The position numbers and the translations under genes were made by a program. Of a stretch of DNA of 64,000 nucleotides, positions 29,714 to 38,428 are shown in pieces; position 1 is the stretch's first letter; every line of letters begins with the position of its first letter. The stretch is from positions 188 to 64,187 of IMG/VR virus record IMGVR_UViG_3300005607_000001; one strand, written 5' to 3'. Under the pieces are notes generated by a model that did not search any database, was not told the origin of the DNA, and worked only from the letters and a program-made list of their open reading frames with translations. Origin of the DNA: a virus (taxonomy: Duplodnaviria > Caudoviricetes).

Positions 29714-29835
29714 TTCTTCACCTGTTTCGTGAATTTCACACTCGCCAATCGTTTCAATGCCGCACGGCGATGCTTACGCGCATAGCGAGGGGAGTGGAGT
29801 TTTTTCCGCCGTGCAGCCTTGATTTGGGAAATCAT
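29710..29835 (-). CDS. 41 aa highly basic peptide (not in ORF track)
   Basis: MISQIKAARRKKLHSPRYARKHRRAALKRLASVKFTKQVKK; fills the gap; ATGA overlap with next gene. Confidence 0.6.
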   Translation of the reverse strand: MISQIKAARRKKLHSPRYARKHRRAALKRLASVKFTKQVKK

Positions 29836-29850
29836 TTGAAAAATGATATA

Positions 29851-30060
29851 TTATGGCACCAAACCGGTTTGCAAAAGCAAGAGAAGATTCGACACCATTG
29901 CGAGGCCATCGGGATGCAACGCGCCCGAAGACGTGAAAGTCACACTCAACGGCGTAGTTTGCGGGTTTTGCGAAACCTGCAAGGTCAGGGTATTGTTTTC
30001 CATATCGGTGATAACATAAGTAGTAGTGCTACCACTCACACTCTTCGTCTGACTAGCCAT
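29851..30060 (-). CDS. Hypothetical protein
   Basis: AGGAG SD; in operon. Confidence 0.65.
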   Translation of the reverse strand: MASQTKSVSGSTTTYVITDMENNTLTLQVSQNPQTTPLSVTFTSSGALHPDGLAMVSNLLLLLQTGLVP

Positions 30061-30071
30061 GTTATGAACTC

Positions 30072-30314
30072 CTATTTAAGCGTTAGAATCACATGATGGT
30101 CTAAAAACCACATTAGACCACTAATAAACCCGCCGATTGTGGTAATTCCACCCACGACCAGCGCACAAATTCGAACAATTGCCCATGAGACACCGTTAAT
30201 TCGTTGGTGCATTTCAACCAAATCTTCCAACGTTTGTTCGATGCCGTTTAAGCGATCGCCCATGATTTCGATTTTTGTTTCAATTGACGCAACGCGTTCT
30301 GTAATGTCGGCCAT
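30072..30314 (-). CDS. Coiled-coil + single TM protein, holin/XhlA-like
   Basis: ERVASIETKI heptads and C-terminal hydrophobic helix. Confidence 0.6.
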   Translation of the reverse strand: MADITERVASIETKIEIMGDRLNGIEQTLEDLVEMHQRINGVSWAIVRICALVVGGITTIGGFISGLMWFLDHHVILTLK

Positions 30315-30332
30315 TTAATATTCACCTTCTGA

Positions 30333-31094
30333 CTACGTAGCAATGATATTCTGCCCCAATACTCGAGTTTGGTATTGGTGCGAATGTAGAAATTGTTCCA
30401 ATGGATCGCGGCCGACTTTGATCCATTCAATAACCAATGCAGGGTGGTGGTTAGAGATGGTGTTAATTGCACCCTGTAATGCCTCGGATTCCATGCCCTC
30501 GATGTCGAGTTTAATGAAATCGACGTGAGGAAGATTGAGCGATTCCACAAACGAATCAATGGTCATCATTTTCACGGGTAATCCGTGAGAATAGGAAATC
30601 GATTGACCTATGAATTCGGTATTAGTTGAAAATCGCATTTCCAACGAACCGAACGATCCGCGGGTGGTGTAATCCGGCTGCGGACAGGTGATTTCCGCGT
30701 CCTCGTTGCCCAACGCGTAATTAAACACCCGGCAATTGAAGAGATTATTCAGCGCGATATTCCCGCACAACGCGTAAAACAATCTCTCTTGGGGTTCGAA
30801 TGCAAACACCTTACCACGCGATGAAAGATGTTTACCGAGTTCAATGGTCATTACGCCTATATTAGCGCCACAATCCAAGGCAATAATATCACGTTTACGC
30901 TGTTGATGTAAATCATCGACCAATGAACGAATTTCTTTAACTTCTTCCGCATCGTAATGACCCTTGGATAAAAGCTGAAAACCTACGCCATATGCAGCAT
31001 GCGGGAGATAATGCACATCCAAGTGATTGAAGATCAGTGGACCATGATCCGTCGCGGCGAGAATGAAAGGGCGCGAATAATTAGGCATATTCAT
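30333..31094 (-). CDS. FkbM-family SAM-dependent methyltransferase
   Basis: LDCGANIG, FAFEPQ, FIKLDIEGME. Confidence 0.92.
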   Translation of the reverse strand: MNMPNYSRPFILAATDHGPLIFNHLDVHYLPHAAYGVGFQLLSKGHYDAEEVKEIRSLVDDLHQQRKRDIIALDCGANIGVMTIELGKHLSSRGKVFAFEPQERLFYALCGNIALNNLFNCRVFNYALGNEDAEITCPQPDYTTRGSFGSLEMRFSTNTEFIGQSISYSHGLPVKMMTIDSFVESLNLPHVDFIKLDIEGMESEALQGAINTISNHHPALVIEWIKVGRDPLEQFLHSHQYQTRVLGQNIIAT

Positions 31095-32454
31095 TATCTT
31101 TCACCGCCTTTCGAAGATCATGATAGATCGTGTTCAAACACGTCTCCCAATCATTGGGGTCCGATTGGCGATAGATTTTCATCGTATCGTACCATGGTAG
31201 ACCGGTGCCATGATCGATATCTTTCCAACGCCAGCAATTAACATATTGCGACAGCATCCACGTGGGTTTACCCATTCCGGCCGCAACATGTGCCACCGCG
31301 GTATCGACTGTGATTACAAGGTCCAATTTCGCAATAAACGCCGCCGTATCGGCCCACGTGTGTAACAACCCCGAAACGTCATTCACCAATGCCTCGCAGG
31401 ATAACGATTCAATATCCTGTGAATTCTCACCCTTTTGCAACGACCAGAGGTGAACATTGGGGATCGTCGCGAGTTGAAGCCATAATTTCAACGGTGCGAT
31501 CCTGCGTCGCCAATCGAGTTCCGTGTTACGCTTCCCGCTCGCCCAACAAATACCAACGTTGAAGACATTATCACCCTCATACACCCGCGGGGTGACAATT
31601 TGCGGCGGGGTGATATACGGCGCGGGGGAAATGTCTTCCCATTCAATGCCTAAATGATACATCGCCGAATACATCGGCGTATGGAAATTGAACTGGGCCA
31701 TTGAGTGCTCGTTACAGTCTTCGAGCGGTAGAACCCCATCGCAGAAATTCTCAAACAATCCGCACAATTCCCGCGGGAGACTTAACGTAACATGCGCCCC
31801 CAATGCTTGCAGGTTTTTCGCAAACCGTGCGCACATTATCGAATCGCCATAACCCTGTTCACCGTGCAACAACACGCACTTTCCATCAATATCCTCACCT
31901 TGCCATTCGGGAATGCGATAATCCCAAGGTGGAAGATGAAGCAATTGTTCCCAACGGCATTCGTAGAACTCTAATGCCTGATGCAAATTTTTCCCACTTC
32001 GCAAATGCGCATGGGCGATGTCGTTGCGGAGTTGGTAATTATCACCCCCAAGACCCACAACGCGCTGAAAGCTCTCGATTGCCTTGTCACACAATCCCAT
32101 GCGGTAATATAAAAGCCCGAGATTGTGCCACACGCCGGGGTTGTCGGGCGTGAGTTCACCCGCACGCTTCAATGCACTAAATGCCGAGGTGTATTTTTCG
32201 CGCCGCGTGAGAACATTGCCGTAATTGTTCCACAAATTGCCGTCAAATGGTAAATAATTCACTAAACGGCCATAAACCGCCTCAGCGGCTTCCAGGGAAT
32301 TATCCGCCGCCAATACCAAACCATAATTCGCCAACGCCGGGAAGAACATTGGGTCACAACGCAGCGCCGACCAAAAATGCAATCGCGCGCCGCGATGATC
32401 ACCATTTAACAACAATTGAACGCCAATGTTATTCAATTCACTAGCATCGGGCAT
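31081..32454 (-). CDS. TPR-repeat protein fused to GT9-like glycosyltransferase
   Basis: About five TPRs, then WQGE, EQGYGD, DTAAFIAKLDLVITVDTAVAHVAAGMG, WRW..PWY. Confidence 0.9.
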   Translation of the reverse strand: MPDASELNNIGVQLLLNGDHRGARLHFWSALRCDPMFFPALANYGLVLAADNSLEAAEAVYGRLVNYLPFDGNLWNNYGNVLTRREKYTSAFSALKRAGELTPDNPGVWHNLGLLYYRMGLCDKAIESFQRVVGLGGDNYQLRNDIAHAHLRSGKNLHQALEFYECRWEQLLHLPPWDYRIPEWQGEDIDGKCVLLHGEQGYGDSIMCARFAKNLQALGAHVTLSLPRELCGLFENFCDGVLPLEDCNEHSMAQFNFHTPMYSAMYHLGIEWEDISPAPYITPPQIVTPRVYEGDNVFNVGICWASGKRNTELDWRRRIAPLKLWLQLATIPNVHLWSLQKGENSQDIESLSCEALVNDVSGLLHTWADTAAFIAKLDLVITVDTAVAHVAAGMGKPTWMLSQYVNCWRWKDIDHGTGLPWYDTMKIYRQSDPNDWETCLNTIYHDLRKAVKDNEYA

Positions 32455-32484
32455 AAATTAAAAGCCTTGAAATAAGGGTGAGAA

Positions 32485-32726
32485 TTGGCATGCGGACGGG
32501 ATTAGAAATGCATTCGTCTCCCGTCCGGCCAAAACAACATTTGCAGCCACAGCACAAGTAGGCACGCAAGCGATACATGTGGTGTGGTGCGCACAAGTTA
32601 GAGAACCGGGATTTTATCATCCGGGCTGGTGCCTCCGAGGCGACTTTTGCCGCCTCGTAACCAACTACGATCGAATGACTCTTGACGCGGACACCCGGAC
32701 TAACCGCGGTGTTGCGCGTTTAAGAG
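32485..32726 (-). ncRNA. Candidate structured non-coding RNA (five consecutive helices)
   Basis: No gene-sized ORF; hand-folded hairpins with G-U pairs and a gCUUGc loop on the - strand only. Confidence 0.55.
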
Positions 32727-32727
32727 A

Positions 32728-33432
32728 TTAAATATCCGGCGTAGTGTAACTGTACCCAAAGGTATAAGTCGCCGTGCCATTCGGTGCCACAGACGGCGCA
32801 ATACACGCGGCCGACGCGTACACAGTTCCGTTGGTTTCTTTAGTTCCCGTGCGATATTCAGCCAATTCCACAAAATCCTGGAAGCCGGCATCGACGGGGC
32901 ACGCGATGTAATTGTTAGAATCCATTTGAACATGCGGAGAACCGCCGCCGGCCAAATTGGTGACAATGACGGAATTAATGGAAATCATTCCCTTCGAGGT
33001 AAAGGCCGTGAGCACCGTGTTGGCGGGGGTGACCGGGGAAATGTTATCGACCTGTGTAGTGCCGTCGTTCGCGAGGTACGTCACGGCGATGTTGCCGGCC
33101 GTGATTGCCAACGTGCCGGGATCAACTCGCACCTGCCCCATGCGCGGCACGTCCGGCTGATTCGCAATCGACAATGTTCCGTTGGTGAGACTTGTAGACG
33201 CGACGAATTGGCCGGCAGTGGCAGCGACAATCGCGGTGGTATAGGTTACGAAATTCGTCCGCGAGTTGACGTATGTGCACCCCGCCGCCAACAGCGCCGG
33301 AACGTCAAGCACATTCACCACGATAAACCCATCCGGACCAACGGTCACGTTACCCGAATACTGCGTCTGAATAACCCCGCCAATACTCTTGGCGTTAAGT
33401 TTCACTGTAGTCACGTTAGCCATAACAATCAC
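32728..33432 (-). CDS. Putative virion structural (head decoration-like) protein, Thr/Val-rich
   Basis: AAGGAG SD (start probably 33423); composition and location. Confidence 0.6.
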   Translation of the reverse strand: MIVMANVTTVKLNAKSIGGVIQTQYSGNVTVGPDGFIVVNVLDVPALLAAGCTYVNSRTNFVTYTTAIVAATAGQFVASTSLTNGTLSIANQPDVPRMGQVRVDPGTLAITAGNIAVTYLANDGTTQVDNISPVTPANTVLTAFTSKGMISINSVIVTNLAGGGSPHVQMDSNNYIACPVDAGFQDFVELAEYRTGTKETNGTVYASAACIAPSVAPNGTATYTFGYSYTTPDI

Positions 33433-33435
33433 TCC

Positions 33436-33879
33436 TTAATTGGGATTAACACACATAAACCTTGTGCTCGCCTCGACCGAATCGCCATCCGACCGCGGAC
33501 ACGAAACACTTACAACATACATCACCCCCGGCACACATTGCGTGACTTGCCACGCAATACCGGCATTAATCGCCCCCGTGCCATTCAATGCCGTGGGAAT
33601 CGTAACAATCCCCGGGCCGAGCACGAACCTCTGTCCGGGGTTCGGATCAAATCCATACAACGTCCCGATGTTCAACACCGGACCGTTAACGAGCATTACA
33701 CCCTCGGGGAGAAAATTCCCGAAATCCAAGGCCATAGACTGCGTTTGATTCGGTTCGATGTTCGGCATCGAGACCGCGAACGGGGAGGATGATACCTGTT
33801 GCACAAATGCCCGCGTTGAAGGATACGCGGTGTGAAGGAATTCGAAAACGAACAATGTCTTACCACTCAACGCTGTCAT
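33436..33879 (-). CDS. Putative fibre adaptor / structural protein
   Basis: ALDFGNFLPEG..PGVMYVVSV pattern; location. Confidence 0.5.
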   Translation of the reverse strand: MTALSGKTLFVFEFLHTAYPSTRAFVQQVSSSPFAVSMPNIEPNQTQSMALDFGNFLPEGVMLVNGPVLNIGTLYGFDPNPGQRFVLGPGIVTIPTALNGTGAINAGIAWQVTQCVPGVMYVVSVSCPRSDGDSVEASTRFMCVNPN

Positions 33880-33900
33880 GGTGTAATGCTCGGTAAAATG

Positions 33901-35019
33901 TTAGGTGGTACTGCCTGCGATTTGAACGTTCGCAGCGCCGGCATAGGCGGTAGTGCCGGCCGGCAGGGTCAGACGCAGCCAAATCCCTTGTGCACCGGAC
34001 GCATTAGGCGCAGCACCGTGCGGCAATGAACCCGGCGACTGAGGAATCGATACGGGCGACGGCTGAGTTACAAATGTAATCGACGTCGAATCGCCATTTG
34101 TGGGCAATGTTTGCCGATTGGTACTCGTACCCGTATCATTCAACACGTCGTTTAATCCGAGGTCCAACAACGCCCCCGAGGGCAACGACGGGCTGTCACT
34201 CGCAATCTGAATATTCGCCCCGGTCAAATCCGTCGCGGTGTCGTTATTCACCGCGAAGACTTTTTCGTAAAACACCCTGTTACTTCCACCGGGTATATCC
34301 GCCTGCGCGGTCGCAAAACACCGTGTAATCGCCGTGACGGGGTTCGGGGAAATATCAAACAACATACCTTGAACGACGTTGTATGTCGTGGTGTTATCCG
34401 GCACGGTTCCCCAATCCCGATTCACCGCGACAAAATCGGTGCCATAGCCGGTGTTGGCGATAATCATTCGGATTTGGCCTACACCGGTGCCGCCCGTACA
34501 GATAATGATCTGCCCAGGCGCGACGCTCGCCCCGTCACCGGATTGCAACTTTGCCAGCGGGGGAGTTGTCCCCGACGTGTTTGCACTGCCGGTTTGCATG
34601 GTATGCGCGGAAATAACCGGCGTATGCCGATAAACCGCGACATCACCCGTCGCCGCAGTTCCGCCGGGATTGGTCAGCGGAAACGTACTTCCCGATGCGG
34701 TGTTGCCGTTGGTGATAATGGCGTATTCTAATCGCGCGATGGTGCCCAAGGTGCCGACGTTTGTGATGGGCGTCGTACCGTTAAGGGTCGCGACCGCGGA
34801 AGTGGTAAGTGCGCCCGAAACATTCCGCCCTGTGACCTGCAACTTCACTCCCGTATCGCTCGTCGCGGATGATACGGCGTCGATGGTATCGTTGGCCGAT
34901 AGGTCATAGAACGCAACGCGCTTAGTGAAATCAACCGCGCCTCCGACCGTCACGCCATCGGCCTCGGGCATCTTTACACTTCCATACAACACAAGTTCAT
35001 TAGGAGTAACAGACATCAA
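33901..35019 (-). CDS. Putative virion structural protein, Thr/Gly-rich
   Basis: GTGVGQIR, WGTVPDNTTTY, GIWLRLTL; directly after portal. Confidence 0.65.
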   Translation of the reverse strand: MMSVTPNELVLYGSVKMPEADGVTVGGAVDFTKRVAFYDLSANDTIDAVSSATSDTGVKLQVTGRNVSGALTTSAVATLNGTTPITNVGTLGTIARLEYAIITNGNTASGSTFPLTNPGGTAATGDVAVYRHTPVISAHTMQTGSANTSGTTPPLAKLQSGDGASVAPGQIIICTGGTGVGQIRMIIANTGYGTDFVAVNRDWGTVPDNTTTYNVVQGMLFDISPNPVTAITRCFATAQADIPGGSNRVFYEKVFAVNNDTATDLTGANIQIASDSPSLPSGALLDLGLNDVLNDTGTSTNRQTLPTNGDSTSITFVTQPSPVSIPQSPGSLPHGAAPNASGAQGIWLRLTLPAGTTAYAGAANVQIAGSTT

Positions 35020-35028
35020 AAACCTCTG

Positions 35029-37446
35029 TCAATGAATAACATTTTCTTCCTTGCGCTTCTTTTTGCGACGTTTGGGAGGTTTGGTGACCGCTAAGGTCTG
35101 ATCATACCACCCCAAACCCGTCGCCGCGCTAATCGTTGAGCCCTGGGTGAATGTTTTCTCAATCACCGTTCCAAACTTCTGTTTGCGCAGGGGTTTGTGT
35201 AATTTGCCGTGTTTTAACCACTGTTTGAATTCGTCCATAGACATTTCAATCACGGCCCGCATGCGCTCATGACCGTGACCGTCTAAATGCGTCGCGAGGT
35301 AATCGCGCTTAACGGCTTTGAGTGACTTATAGCCAATGAAACACTTGTGCTCGTCAAACCCCTTATTTTTCCCGTGTTTGCCGACCTTATTTTGATCAAT
35401 CACCCACACGGTTTGGGAATTAACGTCCTTGCCCAAATAGACGTCAATCGGGTCACCGTCGGCGTCGATGAAATTCCCGCGGATGTACCCGTAGGCGCAG
35501 GGCATTCGCACCTGCCATTTAATTCCCTTTTCGTCTTTTTCACCGCGTAAACTCCCCGGGGCGTTTTCGATCGAAATGTTTAGACCTTGGACCCAAATGT
35601 GCCCCTTGGGAAAGTTCCCGGCCTTGAGCTTTGCGTGCGAAAAGTCGTTCAAATGGCCCTTGGCGTCGTTGATTGCCCGTTCGTAGTCTTCGCGGGTGGC
35701 TTTAAAGATTAGGTCATCGAGCTTTTTGATCGGGGTGGCCTTTTCAGGCGGCGCACCGGTCAACGGCTTAGCCCCGCCCGACTGCGGATTGTTATTCCGC
35801 GGTGTTGTGTGCGAATTAATCGCCCCGTGGGGGTTCGCGTCACCTGTTTGCCCGTGTCCACCCATGACCGGCATAGCATTCCCGCTCGCCGCTTGTTCGA
35901 GTGGTATCACCGCATTGCCGGTGTAGATCAATGGCACGTCGCCCATTGGGCCTAATGTTTCGAGCCCTAGTTCCTCGCGGACTTCATTTATGGGCCTAAT
36001 GCCTTCCTTGACCTGAATGCTATGTATCGTCGCCTGTTTCTCTTGATCCGGGTCCGGCCGCGGGAGAAACACGAATTCAATATCATCGTATCCGAACTTT
36101 TCCTGAATAATCACGTCCATGATGTCGTCTTTCCAGTACGACATCAGGGGATACAAACCCTCTTCCTCGGCCATTTGCTGGGCGTTTTGGGCCGTGGAGC
36201 GATTGGTTTGTTTAATAAACGGCGTCGGCGATACCGAATACGCATAACACGCCAAACGAATTAGCATCTCGTCGCGTTGCGACCACAAACTCTCGCCGCT
36301 GGAATTTTTGACGTCAAACGGCTTCATGTCCCCCGGAAGAAAGCGCACCTTGCTTTTAAGGTTCAAATTCCCGCTCAACAGCGCGTCGAAGTGCGCCTGA
36401 AACATTGCAATCTGCCGCGGGGTCCATTCTTTCGGCACCGTGACGATTAAATCCGGAATCGTCCCTTCGGCCCAGAAGTTTAATTGATAAATGGTCTTCC
36501 GTACGGCCTCGCTGGCTTCGATGTATATTTGTTCGGTGCCCGGGAAACCGAAAATGGGCAAATCCGTCCTTGGCCGCATCGGGACGTACATTATTTCCGA
36601 TTCGTCCAAATCAATCATCGGCAGACCTTTGATGATCTGCTGAAAGGCCGGTTGACGTTTGAGGTATGTGATTCCCTCGGGAGTGACTTCGATTACCGAA
36701 TCCGGCCGGCGGCCCGCATCGTCGATAATCGGAAAAATCGTCGCGCCATCTAACACCTCCGCGTGCAACGGCCGGCCTTTACGATCGCGGGCGAAATAAA
36801 TCGTCGGGGCGTCTAACACCAACAAATCATCGGTCAATTTGCGCGCCCACTGCGAATAGCTCAATTTGCCGTCGGGGCGTTTGAAAAACTTCCGCATGGC
36901 CTCGACGCCCGCGCTCGACATGCGGGGTTTGTCTTTTCGCTGAATCGTCCAGGGAATACGGAGTAATTGATCCTGTCGGGTGGCGATGATTGTCGCCAAA
37001 ACGCCCCACGACGCCCGCATGCCACGGAGCATGGAGAATAATTCAATGCGCCCGGGGATGTAGTTGAGGTTGTAACCAACCGGGAAATCCCATTCGCGCG
37101 GTCGGGTGATGGTCGGTGGACCGTATGGCCAAATCGGTTCGAACGGCGACCACCAATTGCTCGCCATGTCGATATCATCAACCCACGGCTGCGGTTGTTC
37201 GCCACGCTCGTAGAAATATTTCGACTGTGTATTCGCGGGCGAGGGCATGCCCGGCGGGTTGTAAGGGTTGATGTTGTACGGGTTTGCGAAACTCGCCGTA
37301 TTGCCCGGCGGACCGGCCATACCGTAACCGGGATTGATAATTCCGGCATTAACTGGCGCACTCACTCCGCCCCTTGCAGGGGCCTTTTGGAGATACTTTT
37401 GCTGCCGATACCATTCATCGAATGGCATGTCGAGTTTTCTAGCCAT
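35029..37446 (-). CDS. Portal protein fused to C-terminal inorganic-pyrophosphatase-like domain
   Basis: DDLLVLDA, LDGATI, AYSVSP, INEVREELG portal motifs; then GN.PKGH..GLNISIEN..YGYI..DGDPIDV..FDEHK. Confidence 0.9.
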   Translation of the reverse strand: MARKLDMPFDEWYRQQKYLQKAPARGGVSAPVNAGIINPGYGMAGPPGNTASFANPYNINPYNPPGMPSPANTQSKYFYERGEQPQPWVDDIDMASNWWSPFEPIWPYGPPTITRPREWDFPVGYNLNYIPGRIELFSMLRGMRASWGVLATIIATRQDQLLRIPWTIQRKDKPRMSSAGVEAMRKFFKRPDGKLSYSQWARKLTDDLLVLDAPTIYFARDRKGRPLHAEVLDGATIFPIIDDAGRRPDSVIEVTPEGITYLKRQPAFQQIIKGLPMIDLDESEIMYVPMRPRTDLPIFGFPGTEQIYIEASEAVRKTIYQLNFWAEGTIPDLIVTVPKEWTPRQIAMFQAHFDALLSGNLNLKSKVRFLPGDMKPFDVKNSSGESLWSQRDEMLIRLACYAYSVSPTPFIKQTNRSTAQNAQQMAEEEGLYPLMSYWKDDIMDVIIQEKFGYDDIEFVFLPRPDPDQEKQATIHSIQVKEGIRPINEVREELGLETLGPMGDVPLIYTGNAVIPLEQAASGNAMPVMGGHGQTGDANPHGAINSHTTPRNNNPQSGGAKPLTGAPPEKATPIKKLDDLIFKATREDYERAINDAKGHLNDFSHAKLKAGNFPKGHIWVQGLNISIENAPGSLRGEKDEKGIKWQVRMPCAYGYIRGNFIDADGDPIDVYLGKDVNSQTVWVIDQNKVGKHGKNKGFDEHKCFIGYKSLKAVKRDYLATHLDGHGHERMRAVIEMSMDEFKQWLKHGKLHKPLRKQKFGTVIEKTFTQGSTISAATGLGWYDQTLAVTKPPKRRKKKRKEENVIH

Positions 37447-37469
37447 GAATTAAAAATCCCCTAAAAATC

Positions 37470-37664
37470 TCACGCGCTCGATTCACGAAATTTTTTGCGC
37501 AATTTCTTCGGCGGTTGGTCGCATAAATGAACATCGGGCAGTGAATAGTGCGTTAGTTGCCCGGTTGAAAGTAAAACAATTGCTTGCGGTTGGCCCTTTG
37601 AATTCGGGCAGTAACCGACAATGACGCCCAATTCGCCGGATGGCGTGGTGACCATTAGACGCAT
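37470..37664 (-). CDS. Hypothetical protein
   Basis: Short co-oriented ORF. Confidence 0.55.
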   Translation of the reverse strand: MRLMVTTPSGELGVIVGYCPNSKGQPQAIVLLSTGQLTHYSLPDVHLCDQPPKKLRKKFRESSA

Positions 37665-37720
37665 ATTTAAGGGTTCCAGTGAGTGTTAAATGGTAAGTGT
37701 TGGGTGTTAAGCGTTGGGTG

Positions 37721-38056
37721 TTAGTTCCCGACGTAACCTTGCGCGTTGCAAAATACGGCGTTGATGGCCGCCGAAGAGGTCATTGTGAGACCGGTGTTGA
37801 GTGGCAGCCTTAGACCCGCATCCGGATGGAAGTTCATGTTCTGACTTGCACCGGCGCCGGGTGGTAGAACGATCACGGAATTATTCAGATCGTTGAACGT
37901 GAGCGTGATCGCCGTTGTGCCGGCATCAGTGCGACCGCATTGAAGGCTAGTGATAACCAATCGACGGTTAGTGTCCGGGTATGCGGGAATAATCGTCACC
38001 GCCGTTGTGCCGGTTGTAGTCGCCGAACCGGCGACAGGTGGAAAATAATGCGTCAT
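37721..38056 (-). CDS. Putative small structural protein, Thr-rich
   Basis: ATG 38056 downstream of terminator; beta-rich composition. Confidence 0.65.
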   Translation of the reverse strand: MTHYFPPVAGSATTTGTTAVTIIPAYPDTNRRLVITSLQCGRTDAGTTAITLTFNDLNNSVIVLPPGAGASQNMNFHPDAGLRLPLNTGLTMTSSAAINAVFCNAQGYVGN

Positions 38057-38083
38057 GTATTTCTCACTGTAATTCGCGCAATG

Positions 38084-38113
38084 AAAAAGGGGGTTCACAA
38101 GTGAACCCCCTTT
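38084..38113 (-). terminator. Intrinsic terminator
   Basis: AAAGGGGGTTCAC-TT-GTGAACCCCCTTTTT on - strand. Confidence 0.75.
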
Positions 38114-38148
38114 CCGTTGTGTGTTGACGGAGGTAAAAGGTGCGCGGG

Positions 38149-38343
38149 TTAACGTTTGGGGCGCTTTTTAAGGCGCTTTAGTGCGTTTCTGACCGCCGCT
38201 TCCGTTGCCCAGCGCGGGGAGTGATAGAGTAGTGCCAATAAACTCCCCGCGACGGAATTATCGACGTCGGCCCCGTGAAAAGACTCGGGGCCGTATTCTT
38301 TGTATATTTCTAGGGCCTTGGAGATTAGGAAGTCGTCGGACAT
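38149..38343 (-). CDS. Hypothetical protein with basic C-terminus
   Basis: ATG 38343; followed by terminator. Confidence 0.5.
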   Translation of the reverse strand: MSDDFLISKALEIYKEYGPESFHGADVDNSVAGSLLALLYHSPRWATEAAVRNALKRLKKRPKR

Positions 38344-38428
38344 TGAATAAGGTTCCCTTGTGGTAGGGGAGGGTAGGGTCCCCCAAGGGAAGTGTAGGGT
38401 AGGGTGGTGAGAGTGCAAGGAAAAAGAG

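Noticed and set aside
32679-32710. Resemblance of CGCGGUUAG..CCGCG to the start of pistol ribozymes
   Set aside because: The remaining pistol elements are not evident, and no hammerhead CUGAUGA/GAAA core is present; left as an unassigned structured RNA
25609-33792. Long + strand ORFs antisense to head genes (e.g. 25609-26430, 27134-28039, 32926-33792)
   Set aside because: Shadow frames of clearly identified - strand genes; no motifs or start signals
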